The notes beneath the pieces are model-generated. The model had not been told where the DNA came from, did not search any database, and was given only the letters and a program-made list of their open reading frames with translations. From Microcystis aeruginosa NIES-843 (lineage in GTDB: Bacteria > Cyanobacteriota > Cyanobacteriia > Cyanobacteriales > Microcystaceae), in contig NC_010296.1 in assembly GCF_000010625.1 (NCBI RefSeq), positions 2,550,001 through 2,582,000 of the forward strand: a stretch of DNA of 32,000 bases. Reading direction: 5' to 3'. The position numbers and the translations under genes are program-made. Every line of letters begins with the position of its first letter. Position 1 is the stretch's first letter. Shown piece after piece: positions 17,829 through 26,596 of this stretch.

Positions 17829-18782
17829 TATAGTTATTTCAAATAAGAACGAGACACTAGGCGACACAATAAGTACGAATAATTTCATCAAGGGGTGTCC
17901 CCACAGGAGCATACATTCTTGCCCTCTTTAATGCACTAAAATCATGTTCGATATCATTTAAATCAGGAGAGTATTTTGGCAAAAACACGACCTGATGACC
18001 TGCTTCCTCTACCAGTTGTTTAATGACTGTCTTCCGATGAATTGGTGCATTATCCATAATTAATACTGATGTTATGGTTAGAGAGGGCAACAAATATAAA
18101 GATAACCACCCTTCAAAACCTTCGGCATTCAGGCTTCTCGTAAATACCATCGGTGCAATAAAGTCTTTTTTTCCCTTTCTTCTACCAGCGACAAGGTTCT
18201 CTCTTTTTCCTCGTTTTCCTTGTCTATCTCCAAAGACTTTCTTCCCTTTTTTTGACCAAGCATAAAAACAGGCTTGAAATTCTTCAAACCCTGACTCATC
18301 AATAAATACAAGGCTTTCACTTCCATATATTTTAATCAATTCTCTCAGCACTCTGTAGTATTTCATTCTTTCTTCTCGGTTTCTTTCTCTATAACGAAGT
18401 TCCTTCTTTTTTCTGGTAACTTTCATGTTTTTTAAGGCATAGCAAATGGCACTTGGTCTCACTCCAAATTTCTCGGCTCTGTCTCTTAATCTTGCCTCGG
18501 GATTTTCTTGGACATCTTTTGACAGTGCTTTCCAGTCCAGCTTTCTCTGACGGTGTTTTACCTTTGTTGCTTCCAGTTTTTCCCTACCTAGCCATCTATA
18601 TATCGTCGCTCTTCCTATATTAAATAGAGCGGCGGCTTTGGTTATGCTTCCCCCATTCTCTACATAATCGATTACTTTTTTTCTCAAGTCTAGGCTATAA
18701 GACATTTTTCTGTATGGGTTGCTCGTTTCTCTTGATTTTACCTTATTTTTCCCTCGTCTCACACTTATTTGAAATGACTATA
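17829..18782 (-). mobile_element. IS630-family insertion sequence, apparently intact, flanked by a TA duplication
   Basis: Inverted repeats TATAGTTATTTCAAATAAG (17829-17847) and CTTATTTGAAATGACTATA (18764-18782) match at 18 of 19 positions. TA occurs on both sides, against a single TA at the equivalent site 15325-15326 of the intact MITE. Confidence 0.85.
17857..18705 (-). CDS. IS630-family DDE transposase
   Basis: N-terminal HTH (GGSITKAAALFNIGRATIYRW). Catalytic residues sit in FIDESGF, LIMDNAPIH and NDIEH, with E 35 residues after the second D. Probable start at ATG 18705 (MSYSLDLRKK); the ORF-track start is 18762. Confidence 0.88.
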   Translation of the reverse strand: MSYSLDLRKKVIDYVENGGSITKAAALFNIGRATIYRWLGREKLEATKVKHRQRKLDWKALSKDVQENPEARLRDRAEKFGVRPSAICYALKNMKVTRKKKELRYRERNREERMKYYRVLRELIKIYGSESLVFIDESGFEEFQACFYAWSKKGKKVFGDRQGKRGKRENLVAGRRKGKKDFIAPMVFTRSLNAEGFEGWLSLYLLPSLTITSVLIMDNAPIHRKTVIKQLVEEAGHQVVFLPKYSPDLNDIEHDFSALKRARMYAPVGTPLDEIIRTYCVA

Positions 18783-19074
18783 AATCTAAAAACCTTGTTG
18801 GGTAAACCTTTTAGACTTTTTGTCAATCAAAAAGTACCAGGCATGGGAGTGATCAGGGGGAAAATTCAGGTACTTTTTCCCTGAAAATTAGGTAATTGGC
18901 CACTTCAAAACCGGTAAAACCCCACACCCCACACCCCACACCCCACACCCTGTCACCACCGAAAAACTTTTTCAGCAGACCCTATTTAAATCTAGGGTTG
19001 ATCTAGCCTATGCTAAAAAGAGGGGGACTAAAATCGCTCCTAGACTTTAATTGAAAAATTAGGATATTGCACAG

Positions 19075-19644
19075 ATGGGCAATCTATTTGATGATGTCAG
19101 TCGCTTTCTTGAAACCCAACTGGAAGAATTTCTCAGAAGTCATCCCCAATTAGAATTACAGGCACTGGTAGAACAACTGCGCGAACAGGAGCGCGATACT
19201 GCTAAACTGATTAGCGCCCTAGAAAATGAGCGTCAACGTCTCGAACAGCAAATTTTGGCCACTGCCCAAGATATCCAAACTTGGCACGCTAGAATTGATA
19301 AGGCTAAGGCTGCTGGACGGCAGGACTTGCTGAAGGCTGCTAGTGAACGCGAGGCGGCCCTATTTCGTCAGGGTAATCAACTTTGGGGACGGATGGAAGG
19401 GGTGAAAAAACGTCTGAGTCAATCCCAAGAGTTACTGCAACAGGTCCAACAACGTCGTCAAGAAGTGCAAATTAAAGCCGAAAAAGCCCCTAAAAATCAG
19501 TCCCGTGACTGGGAAACCACTTTTTGGGATCAACCCCAAGAATCGGACTATCAGCGCTCGAACTACGATAATCTCGATCTAAAATTTAAAGAATGGGAAA
19601 TGGAAGAAGAATTGAAAAAATTAAAGCGAGAAATGGGACGATAA
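19075..19644 (+). CDS. Conserved coiled-coil hypothetical protein (possibly the cyanobacterial TIGR04376-type family, from memory)
   Basis: 189-aa ORF, Q/E/R-rich with heptad character. The N-terminus MGNLFDDVSRFLETQLEEFLRSHPQLELQAL resembles cyanobacterial homologs I recall. Confidence 0.7.
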   Translation: MGNLFDDVSRFLETQLEEFLRSHPQLELQALVEQLREQERDTAKLISALENERQRLEQQILATAQDIQTWHARIDKAKAAGRQDLLKAASEREAALFRQGNQLWGRMEGVKKRLSQSQELLQQVQQRRQEVQIKAEKAPKNQSRDWETTFWDQPQESDYQRSNYDNLDLKFKEWEMEEELKKLKREMGR

Positions 19645-19648
19645 TTTT

Positions 19649-19684
19649 TCAGTGAGCAGTGAACAGTAAACAGTAAACTGATAA
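19649..19684. repeat. Heptamer array CAGTGAG/CAGTGAA/CAGTAAA
   Basis: Read directly, immediately after the stop of the coiled-coil CDS. Confidence 0.85.
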
Positions 19685-19814
19685 GTAGGTAGGTGTTAAA
19701 AATTGCCAGACACCCCCCTTATCAAGGGGGGATTAAGGGGGGATCGGCACCCCCCTTATCAAGGGGGGATCAAAGACAAAATCTATCTTCAATTTAATTG
19801 AAACCACTTACTTA
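19682..19814 (-). mobile_element. MITE family C copy
   Basis: TAAGTAGGTAGGTGTTAAAAATTGCCAGACACC...two CCCCCCTTATCAAGGGGGG palindromes...AATTTAATTGAAACCACTTACTTA. Confidence 0.7.
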
Positions 19815-19815
19815 A

Positions 19816-19888
19816 CTGTTTACTGATAACTGATAACTGAAATCCCTAAAACCCTAAAACCCCAACACCCAACACCCAACACCTAAAA
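19816..19888. repeat. Heptamer arrays CTGATAA type, then CCCTAAA / ACCCAAC type
   Basis: Read directly. Together with the MITE, they fill the spacer upstream of lysS. Confidence 0.8.
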
Positions 19889-19919
19889 AATTCCCCAGAA
19901 TTGTTCCTCTTAGAAAACG

Positions 19920-21641
19920 ATGGCATCTCAAGCACAAAATCCTGAAAATCAACCCTCCTCTACCCTCGAAGAAATCCGGGACGCTCGTTTAGAAAAAGTG
20001 GCAGGATTGCAAAAAGCTGGCTTAAATCCCTACGCTTACCAGTGGAAATCTACCGCTCACGCTCAACAACTACAAGAGCAGTACGCTGACTTAGCACCGG
20101 GGGAAGAAATTAGCGCTGAAGTAGCAATTGCTGGTCGGATTATTGCCCGAAGAATTCTGGGTAAACTAGCCTTTTTTAACCTGCAAGATGAAACGGGAAC
20201 GATTCAATTATACCTCGATAAAAAACGCATTAGTGAAACCATGGCCGCCGTGCCGAATGCCTTTAACACGGTGATTAAACTGACCGATACGGGGGATATT
20301 TTAGGAGCAAAAGGCACAATTAAACGCACAGAACGCGGGGAATTATCTATCTATGTAAACGAGTACGAAATTCTCACCAAATCCCTCTTACCTCTCCCGG
20401 ATAAATGGCACGGTTTAACCGATGTAGAAAAACGTTATCGACAAAGATATGTGGATTTAATTGTTAATCCCGAAGTGCGACAAACTTTTCGCCGTCGCGC
20501 CCAAATTACCGCTGCCATTCGCAGATATTTAGACCAAGAAGGTTTTATTGAAATTGAAACTCCCGTGCTACAAAGTGAAGCGGGAGGAGCCGATGCTAGA
20601 CCGTTTATCACCTATCATAATACGCTGGAGATGGAGTTATATCTCCGCATTGCCACCGAGTTACATCTAAAAAGATTAATAGTGGGTGGTTTTGAAAAAG
20701 TCTTCGAGTTAGGCAGAATTTTTCGCAATGAAGGGGTTTCTACTAAACATAACCCCGAGTTTACTTCCATCGAAATCTATCAGGCCTATGCCGATTATTA
20801 TGACATGATGGAGTTAACCGAAAACATTATTGTTAACGCTGCACAAGATGTTTTAGGTACGCTGAAAATCACCTATCAAGACAGGGAAATTGACCTAACT
20901 CCTCCTTGGCGACGAGTGACTATGCACGAATTAGTCCAAGAAATAACTGGGGTTGACTTGAATAGTTTTGAGGATTTCGAGTCGGCTCGTATTGCCGCAG
21001 AAAATGCCGGCATTGGCGTTCCAGAGGACTGTAAAACCATCGGTAAGCTCTTAAATGAAGCTTTTGAGCAAAAAGTCGAAGAAACCCTAATACAGCCCAC
21101 TTTTGTGCTAGATTTTCCCGTGGAAATTTCCCCTTTGGCTAAACCTCATCGCTCAAAAACTGACCTCGTGGAAAGATTTGAATTATATGTGGTTGGACGG
21201 GAATTAGCTAATAGTTTTTCTGAGTTAACCGATCCCATCGATCAACGGCAAAGATTAGAAGCACAGGCACTCAAAAAAGCGGCTGGAGATTTGGAAGCGC
21301 AGGGAGTTGATGAGGACTTTTTAACCGCTTTAGAATACGGAATGCCCCCCACGGGAGGCTTAGGAATTGGCATCGATCGCCTGATCATGTTATTAACCGA
21401 TTCTGCCAGTATTCGCGATGTGATTGCTTTCCCCTTATTAAAAAGCCAAAGTACGGCGATTAAATCTTTTGACTACGATCAGGACAAAAAAATTCTGAAA
21501 GTGGAATTTAATCACGGTGGTATCTATCTTTATCATGATCTACCTTTGGCAGTATATAAAGATTTTCAGTCCGCACCATCGAAAGGACAGTTTTTTGTCG
21601 GACAAATTCGCGATAAATACAGTTTTGACAAGGAATTGTAA
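19920..21641 (+). CDS. lysS: Lysine--tRNA ligase (class II) with a C-terminal KTSC-like domain
   Basis: OB-fold N-domain. Class II motifs FRNEG and [10 protein letters not shown]. About 60 extra C-terminal residues ([36 protein letters not shown]...) match my recollection of the KTSC domain. Confidence 0.93.
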   Translation: MASQAQNPENQPSSTLEEIRDARLEKVAGLQKAGLNPYAYQWKSTAHAQQLQEQYADLAPGEEISAEVAIAGRIIARRILGKLAFFNLQDETGTIQLYLDKKRISETMAAVPNAFNTVIKLTDTGDILGAKGTIKRTERGELSIYVNEYEILTKSLLPLPDKWHGLTDVEKRYRQRYVDLIVNPEVRQTFRRRAQITAAIRRYLDQEGFIEIETPVLQSEAGGADARPFITYHNTLEMELYLRIATELHLKRLIVGGFEKVFELGRIFRNEGVSTKHNPEFTSIEIYQAYADYYDMMELTENIIVNAAQDVLGTLKITYQDREIDLTPPWRRVTMHELVQEITGVDLNSFEDFESARIAAENAGIGVPEDCKTIGKLLNEAFEQKVEETLIQPTFVLDFPVEISPLAKPHRSKTDLVERFELYVVGRELANSFSELTDPIDQRQRLEAQALKKAAGDLEAQGVDEDFLTALEYGMPPTGGLGIGIDRLIMLLTDSASIRDVIAFPLLKSQSTAIKSFDYDQDKKILKVEFNHGGIYLYHDLPLAVYKDFQSAPSKGQFFVGQIRDKYSFDKEL

Positions 21642-21660
21642 AAGTTAGGGTCACTTCAGT

Positions 21661-21813
21661 TAAGTAGATAGGTGTTAAAAGTTGTCAGACACCCCCCTTA
21701 TCAAGGGGCAGGGTAGGGTTGATTCATGAATCAACCCTACTATGAATCAACCCTAGGGGCAGTGGGGATCAGAGGCAAAATCCATCTTCAATTTAATTAT
21801 AACTACTTACTTA
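21661..21813 (-). mobile_element. MITE family C copy with a nested hairpin repeat
   Basis: TAAGTAGATAGGTGTTAAAAGTTGTCAGACACC... contains GGTAGGGTTGATTCATGAATCAACCCTAC (21712-21740) plus an extra right arm (21741-21757), and ends AACTACTTACTTA. Confidence 0.7.
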
Positions 21814-21831
21814 TCAGTTATCAGTTATCAT
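21811..21831. repeat. Heptamer array (TTATCAG)x3
   Basis: Read directly. It abuts the stop codon (21832-21834) of the REC-DUF3685 gene. Confidence 0.85.
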
Positions 21832-23478
21832 TCATGATCCCTTCTTACCTTTGACTTCCTGCCAAGTGTTACCAACTCCCTGTAAAACCCCGCGAACTAC
21901 TAAACCAATACCGCGACCGATAACTTGGATAAGAATATAGACTACTCCCTTACCCACCACCCGAAAAAAAGCGCGTAAACGAGGAGATAAAGAGTCTCTT
22001 AATTCTAAGGCGATCGAAACTAACCAGGGTATGCCTGTTAAACTATTTAATTCTTCCTGTCGAGGGGAATAAATGGCTAGAGATTGGATTTCTCCCTCGC
22101 TATAGTGAAATAATTGATATTGACTTTCAAATATATCTTTGGGGTCTTGCCAGTATTGTTGCCGTCGGTATTTCCAAGATAATTCATTGCGGATTTTAGC
22201 TAATTTTCTGGCGATGAGAAATTCTGACCGGTAAAGTTTTTGTTTGACTCTTTCGGATTCCGAGAAGTTATTGAGAATAATTACCGTCACTGCATTGGCA
22301 ATATTATGAATGAGATTTTGCAGGAGAATTTCGGCTCTGGCGATAGTTTCAGGAGCATTAGCTCGGTATCCTACTCCGTCAATAGTTAAACTATTTTCGT
22401 ACACTAAATAGGAAAATAAGTCAAGAGTAAAAGGAATTTTATTGAGGATTTCTGTTTGAATTGCCTCTCTTTCTTCCAGAATAATTTCGTTAAGTCTACC
22501 TTTACTAATTTCATCATAAACCGAGGCATTAATTTCTAAAAATTTACGGGTAACTTTCTCCCAGATATCGTAAATAATCAGATTTAAGCGACTGGTTAAT
22601 TCCCCGCTGCTAATCTGTAAATATCTCATTTCATCGACATTTTTACGAATTTCATCGAGAACTAAATACAATAATTCCCGTTGCCGATTATCCAGTAAAA
22701 CATCAATTTCAAAACTAATCTTTGTTCTATTAATTAAAGGCGATCGAATGACCGCTAAAGTGGACTCAAAAACCGCCGAAACACACAGGGGACGCTCGCG
22801 GCTTAAAATTGGTAATTCCCGATCGATATTGTTAATTATTATCGGAGGTGTCGCTGAAGGTGAATTGTAATAGCTACCTTCCAGGGGAATTAGTTTTCTC
22901 ACTAGCCATAGGGCTGCTAAAAGTTCTCGTTTTCTCCCCTGCCAATAAAAGCGATCAAAGCCGGATAAAGACTGTTGATTGAGGTGGAGATCAATTAAAT
23001 GTAATTCACTTTCGATGCGATTTAATCCCGTTTTTCCGGCAGTGATTAACCAATGGCTAGGAGCTAAACTTGGACGGGTAGCAATGGTGAGAGCAGAAGG
23101 GGCAACATCGTGGGTTTCATCCCGGGAAATTTGTCCTAAAATAGTGATAAATTGCTCTAGGTTTGTGCCTTTGGGAATATAACCGGCGATGCCTAATTCT
23201 CTGGCGATTAGTTGCTGTCGGGAATCGAGAGGAAAGGTTAATAGAACAATTTTACTTTCGGGATAGCGAGAGTGGAGAATTTCACAGTAAGACCAATCAA
23301 AGAGAGGATCGATAAGGATAATTTCGGGGGCCGGATTAAGAGTCAAAGCGAAAATTGTTTCTAAATCCCCTTCGGTGACGATACTAATATTTTCTATCTG
23401 CGACAAGGCCTGCACCAGACCCAAGCGGAAAATCGGGTCATTATCGATGATAATTAAGGTGAGAGGGCGATCGATCAC
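21832..23478 (-). CDS. Response-regulator receiver domain protein with a long DUF3685-like C-terminal region
   Basis: N-terminal receiver: IIIDNDP, IILIDPLF (acceptor Asp), VLLTF, YIPKG. The rest is about 420 aa ending in a hydrophobic tail. The DUF3685 assignment is from memory of the REC+DUF3685 architecture. Confidence 0.8.
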   Translation of the reverse strand: MIDRPLTLIIIDNDPIFRLGLVQALSQIENISIVTEGDLETIFALTLNPAPEIILIDPLFDWSYCEILHSRYPESKIVLLTFPLDSRQQLIARELGIAGYIPKGTNLEQFITILGQISRDETHDVAPSALTIATRPSLAPSHWLITAGKTGLNRIESELHLIDLHLNQQSLSGFDRFYWQGRKRELLAALWLVRKLIPLEGSYYNSPSATPPIIINNIDRELPILSRERPLCVSAVFESTLAVIRSPLINRTKISFEIDVLLDNRQRELLYLVLDEIRKNVDEMRYLQISSGELTSRLNLIIYDIWEKVTRKFLEINASVYDEISKGRLNEIILEEREAIQTEILNKIPFTLDLFSYLVYENSLTIDGVGYRANAPETIARAEILLQNLIHNIANAVTVIILNNFSESERVKQKLYRSEFLIARKLAKIRNELSWKYRRQQYWQDPKDIFESQYQLFHYSEGEIQSLAIYSPRQEELNSLTGIPWLVSIALELRDSLSPRLRAFFRVVGKGVVYILIQVIGRGIGLVVRGVLQGVGNTWQEVKGKKGS

Positions 23479-23536
23479 AAGAGTTGCAGCCTGTCAACGG
23501 ATACTATTCACAGGGTCAATTATACAGTTATCTGGC

Positions 23537-23977
23537 TCATTTGTTTTGTTTATAGCCATAGAAATCGATGCGATAATCGGTAATTTTTACCCCCGTTGAT
23601 GCCTCGACCTGTTTAATTAATTCTGGGGGAAGTTCGATATGCACATCGATGATTTGTTGGCTGTCCAGACAATTGACGTGACTGTGGGAATCGCTGATGT
23701 TACCGTAGAGTCTGCCGTCCCAGCGTTCCACAGATTCGATAATGCCTTGACCCGATAGGGCCTCTAGGTTTTGGTACACTGAGGTATGACCGATGTTCTT
23801 TCCTTGCAGATTGAGACGATCATAAATTTCTCTCGCTGATAGGTGTTCCTGCGCTTGCCACAGCAATTCTAAAATATAGCGACGCTGACGACTAACCCGC
23901 ATTCCTAAAGTTTGACACCTTTCGATCGCATCTTCTAAACACCGGATCGGTTTTTGTTTTACCTCCAAATTGTCCAT
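23537..23977 (-). CDS. Fur-family transcriptional regulator (atypical, no CxxC pairs)
   Basis: 146 aa. wHTH with HTSVYQNLEAL recognition helix and the metal-site motif DSHSHVNCLDS. The usual CxxC...CxxC structural Zn site is absent. Confidence 0.82.
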   Translation of the reverse strand: MDNLEVKQKPIRCLEDAIERCQTLGMRVSRQRRYILELLWQAQEHLSAREIYDRLNLQGKNIGHTSVYQNLEALSGQGIIESVERWDGRLYGNISDSHSHVNCLDSQQIIDVHIELPPELIKQVEASTGVKITDYRIDFYGYKQNK

Positions 23978-24090
23978 AGTTGTATCCGTTGACCTCCGCC
24001 CTAATACATAGTCATTACCAGTTTAGCTTAGTCTTTCGATCGATGTCCACATTGCCCCAGTTTTTATCGTTTTGGGGAGACAGGAGACAG

Positions 24091-24228
24091 TTATCAGTTA
24101 TCAGTTATCAGTTATCAGTTATCAGTGGGTAAGTTATCAGTGGGTAAGTTAAGCTGTTGACTATCTAAATTACTTGTTAAGAGTGTATGGAAGCACCGGA
24201 GCAGGGAGCAGGGAGCAGGGAGAAGGAG
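24091..24228. repeat. Heptamer arrays (TTATCAG)x5 with TGGGTAAG interspersed, a TTAACAAGTAATTTAGATAGTCAAC-type module (inverted), and (GGAGCAG)x3
   Basis: Read directly. The reverse complement of 24150-24228 is homologous to 4630-4682. Confidence 0.8.
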
Positions 24229-24793
24229 TTCGAGCATTTGTACTACAATTCTCCCTAGGCAGTTTAAATGCAGTACAGCATACACAATTCTGGCTTTAAG
24301 TCAATAGCCTTTACAAAACTTCAAAAATTGCAACATAAAAAAATGTCACCACTAGCGGCTTTTTTTGGGCAAGAGAATCGATATAGTCCCCTGATTGCCT
24401 TGGTTTTCCGTTGATTTAAAGCTTAAAGGTTAAACTAAGCCAACAGCATACCACGATTATACCATATTATTAAATGTAGGCAACCCCGATTTACAGCCAA
24501 ATTTTGGCAAATTCTGGGAAAATCAAAATCTTGTAACTTACTTGTTACATTGAACTAATCGCCCCAAATATTTAAATATTTTAATTATTTACCTTAAATT
24601 TATAATTTTTACTTATTCTTGAAAGCTGATTAACTAGGGTTGGGCAAAAAAGCTTGTAAGCTCTATTTAAAGTCAGTCGAATCGCTTAGTATCGGGAGAC
24701 AGATGTGACTTGTATAGCTTCCCAGTTTTTGAGATTTGAAGACTTTTTAGAAGCATTTTGAATGGGTCTTAGCCGATGGATTAATATAAATTA

Positions 24794-25264
24794 TCAGCCA
24801 TAGAAATCTTCATCAAGAATCTGTTCTAAGGAAAAAGGGCAGTCTAAGGGATATGCTTCCTCTGGAGGAATCGCAATTCCAAAGTCAGCCAATTTACTTT
24901 CCTTGATGGCAATTTTGCGACCTTTAGGATAGGTTTTATCGATAGCGATTGCTAGATGAGATTTCAAAGAAGGGGTGTTTTCTAGTAAGGCGATAACTCG
25001 TTCCCTGTGTTCGACAATGGAGCTATACCAGCTAGATTTCATGCTTTCAGGGGCGGAGGATTGTACTTTTAATTTCAGTAAATGAGCCAGCAAAATCATT
25101 AAATTTCCTTCCAAGGCATTTTTATCTGATTTACCCAATTCTTTTAACTCCTCAACCAAATGAGATACATCTAATGCCTGAAAATCTCCTTGTTCTAACT
25201 GACCTATTGTTGTTATCAGCCATAATTGAAAATCTTGTTCATAGAGTTCTGATTTAGTTATCAT
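24794..25264 (-). CDS. DUF29 family protein
   Basis: YEQDFQLWL...LDVSHLVEELKELGKSDKNALEGNLMILLAHLLKL is the characteristic DUF29 pattern. 156 aa. Confidence 0.85.
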   Translation of the reverse strand: MITKSELYEQDFQLWLITTIGQLEQGDFQALDVSHLVEELKELGKSDKNALEGNLMILLAHLLKLKVQSSAPESMKSSWYSSIVEHRERVIALLENTPSLKSHLAIAIDKTYPKGRKIAIKESKLADFGIAIPPEEAYPLDCPFSLEQILDEDFYG

Positions 25265-25442
25265 AATTGCTTCGATAATAGTTAATCTAGACTGAATTAT
25301 ACTCTATTTTGCGGATTTCGGATGTTTCTAGCGGTAAATATTAAGTTTTACTACAGGATTTAACATCTGCGCCTATGCCCTATTCCCTTATCCTTAGGAT
25401 AAGCGGTTAAAATACATCTTAGCTTAAGGACTAGAGAATATT

Positions 25443-26501
25443 ATGAGACTAGAAAGAGAAGATTTTGATTGGGCAGTACAACAAAACCTAATTACTGCCA
25501 GCCAAGCTGAAAATTTATGGACGGCTTTTTTATCCCGTTATCCCCAAGAAGATGAAGTTAATCGCCCTCGCTTTAATTTTGCTAATGTAGCCTACTATTT
25601 TGGGGCGTTAATTGTCATCTCCGCCCTGGGGTGGTTTATGAACAAAGCTTGGGAGAGTTTCGGCGGTGCGGGACTATTTTTTATCGCCCTGTTTTATGCA
25701 ATTTGTTTTATTTTCACCGGTAAAAATCTCTATTTTCAGCAAAATCTCAAAATCCCCGGCGGCCTTTTATTTACCATGGCAGTGGCAATGACTCCCTTAG
25801 CAATCTACGGTTTACAACGCTGGACAGGATACTGGCAAGCCGGAAATATGGCCATTTATCCAGATTTCTATACCTGGACTAAAGGCGGTTGGTTTTTAAT
25901 GGAATTAGGCACGATTATCGCAGGATTAATAACTTTGCGATTTGTTAAATTTCCTTTTTTAACTGCACCCATTGCCTTTAGTCTGTGGTATATGTCAATG
26001 GACTTAACCCCTTTACTATTTGGAGAGAACGAATATACATGGAAAGTACGACTGTGGGTATCCTTTTGGTTTGGAATTGCCTGTTTAATAACTGCCTATT
26101 TAATTGATGTACGTCAGCGTCGCAGTCGGGGAGATTTTGCTTTTTGGCTGTACTTATTCGGATTAATTATGTTTTGGTTTAGTCTATCTCTCCTCATCGA
26201 TGATAATGAAGCGCAACGATTTTTGTACTGTCTAATTAACTTGGGATTGATGTTATTATCCGTCCTGCTAAAAAGAAGATTATTTGTGGTTTTCGGAGGG
26301 ATCGGAGTATTTGGCTATCTTTCCTATCTCTCCTATCGTCTCTTTGCCGATTCAATTTTTTTTCCCTTTGCCCTAACCGTCCTAGGACTTGGTATTATCT
26401 ATATGGGAGTTTTATATCAGCGTCATTACCCAACCCTAGCTAGATTTATTGAAAGTTATATCCCTCTCGAATGGCGCAATTTATTACCCAAAGATCGATA
26501 A
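25443..26501 (+). CDS. Polytopic membrane protein (about 10 TM segments) with a soluble N-terminal segment of about 45 aa
   Basis: 352-aa ORF with repeated hydrophobic stretches of about 20 residues. No catalytic motif recognised. Confidence 0.75.
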   Translation: MRLEREDFDWAVQQNLITASQAENLWTAFLSRYPQEDEVNRPRFNFANVAYYFGALIVISALGWFMNKAWESFGGAGLFFIALFYAICFIFTGKNLYFQQNLKIPGGLLFTMAVAMTPLAIYGLQRWTGYWQAGNMAIYPDFYTWTKGGWFLMELGTIIAGLITLRFVKFPFLTAPIAFSLWYMSMDLTPLLFGENEYTWKVRLWVSFWFGIACLITAYLIDVRQRRSRGDFAFWLYLFGLIMFWFSLSLLIDDNEAQRFLYCLINLGLMLLSVLLKRRLFVVFGGIGVFGYLSYLSYRLFADSIFFPFALTVLGLGIIYMGVLYQRHYPTLARFIESYIPLEWRNLLPKDR

Positions 26502-26510
26502 TTAGGAGAA

Positions 26511-26581
26511 ATGGGGATATGGGGAAATGGGGAGATTCAACTAAAAAACCCCAAAACCCCAACACCCCAACACCCGACACC
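26511..26581. repeat. Short tandem units ATGGGGAN x3, then an AAAACCCC/AACACCC array
   Basis: Read directly. This array explains the spurious 42-residue N-terminal extension of ORF 26471. Confidence 0.8.
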
Positions 26582-26596
26582 ATCTTTTTTACTTTT

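Larger units (their letters stand above)
17814..18984 (+). mobile_element. MITE family A copy interrupted by an IS630-family element
   Basis: The left part TTAGGGTTTGCTGAA(TA) at 17814-17830 and the right part (TA)AATCTAAAAACC...TTCAGCAGACCCTA at 18781-18984 together are colinear with the intact copy at 15310-15527. Confidence 0.75.

Noticed and set aside
19844-19888. Telomere-like CCCTAAA repeats
   Set aside because: There are only two units, embedded in a degenerate heptamer array (CCCTAAA, ACCCAAC). This is consistent with STRR-type repeats and has no telomere-related meaning in a bacterial chromosome.
24343-24414. 23-codon ORF MSPLAAFFGQENRYSPLIALVFR in the long spacer
   Set aside because: It has no supporting signal (RBS, conservation or motif). 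An ORF of this size is expected by chance in 800 bp.
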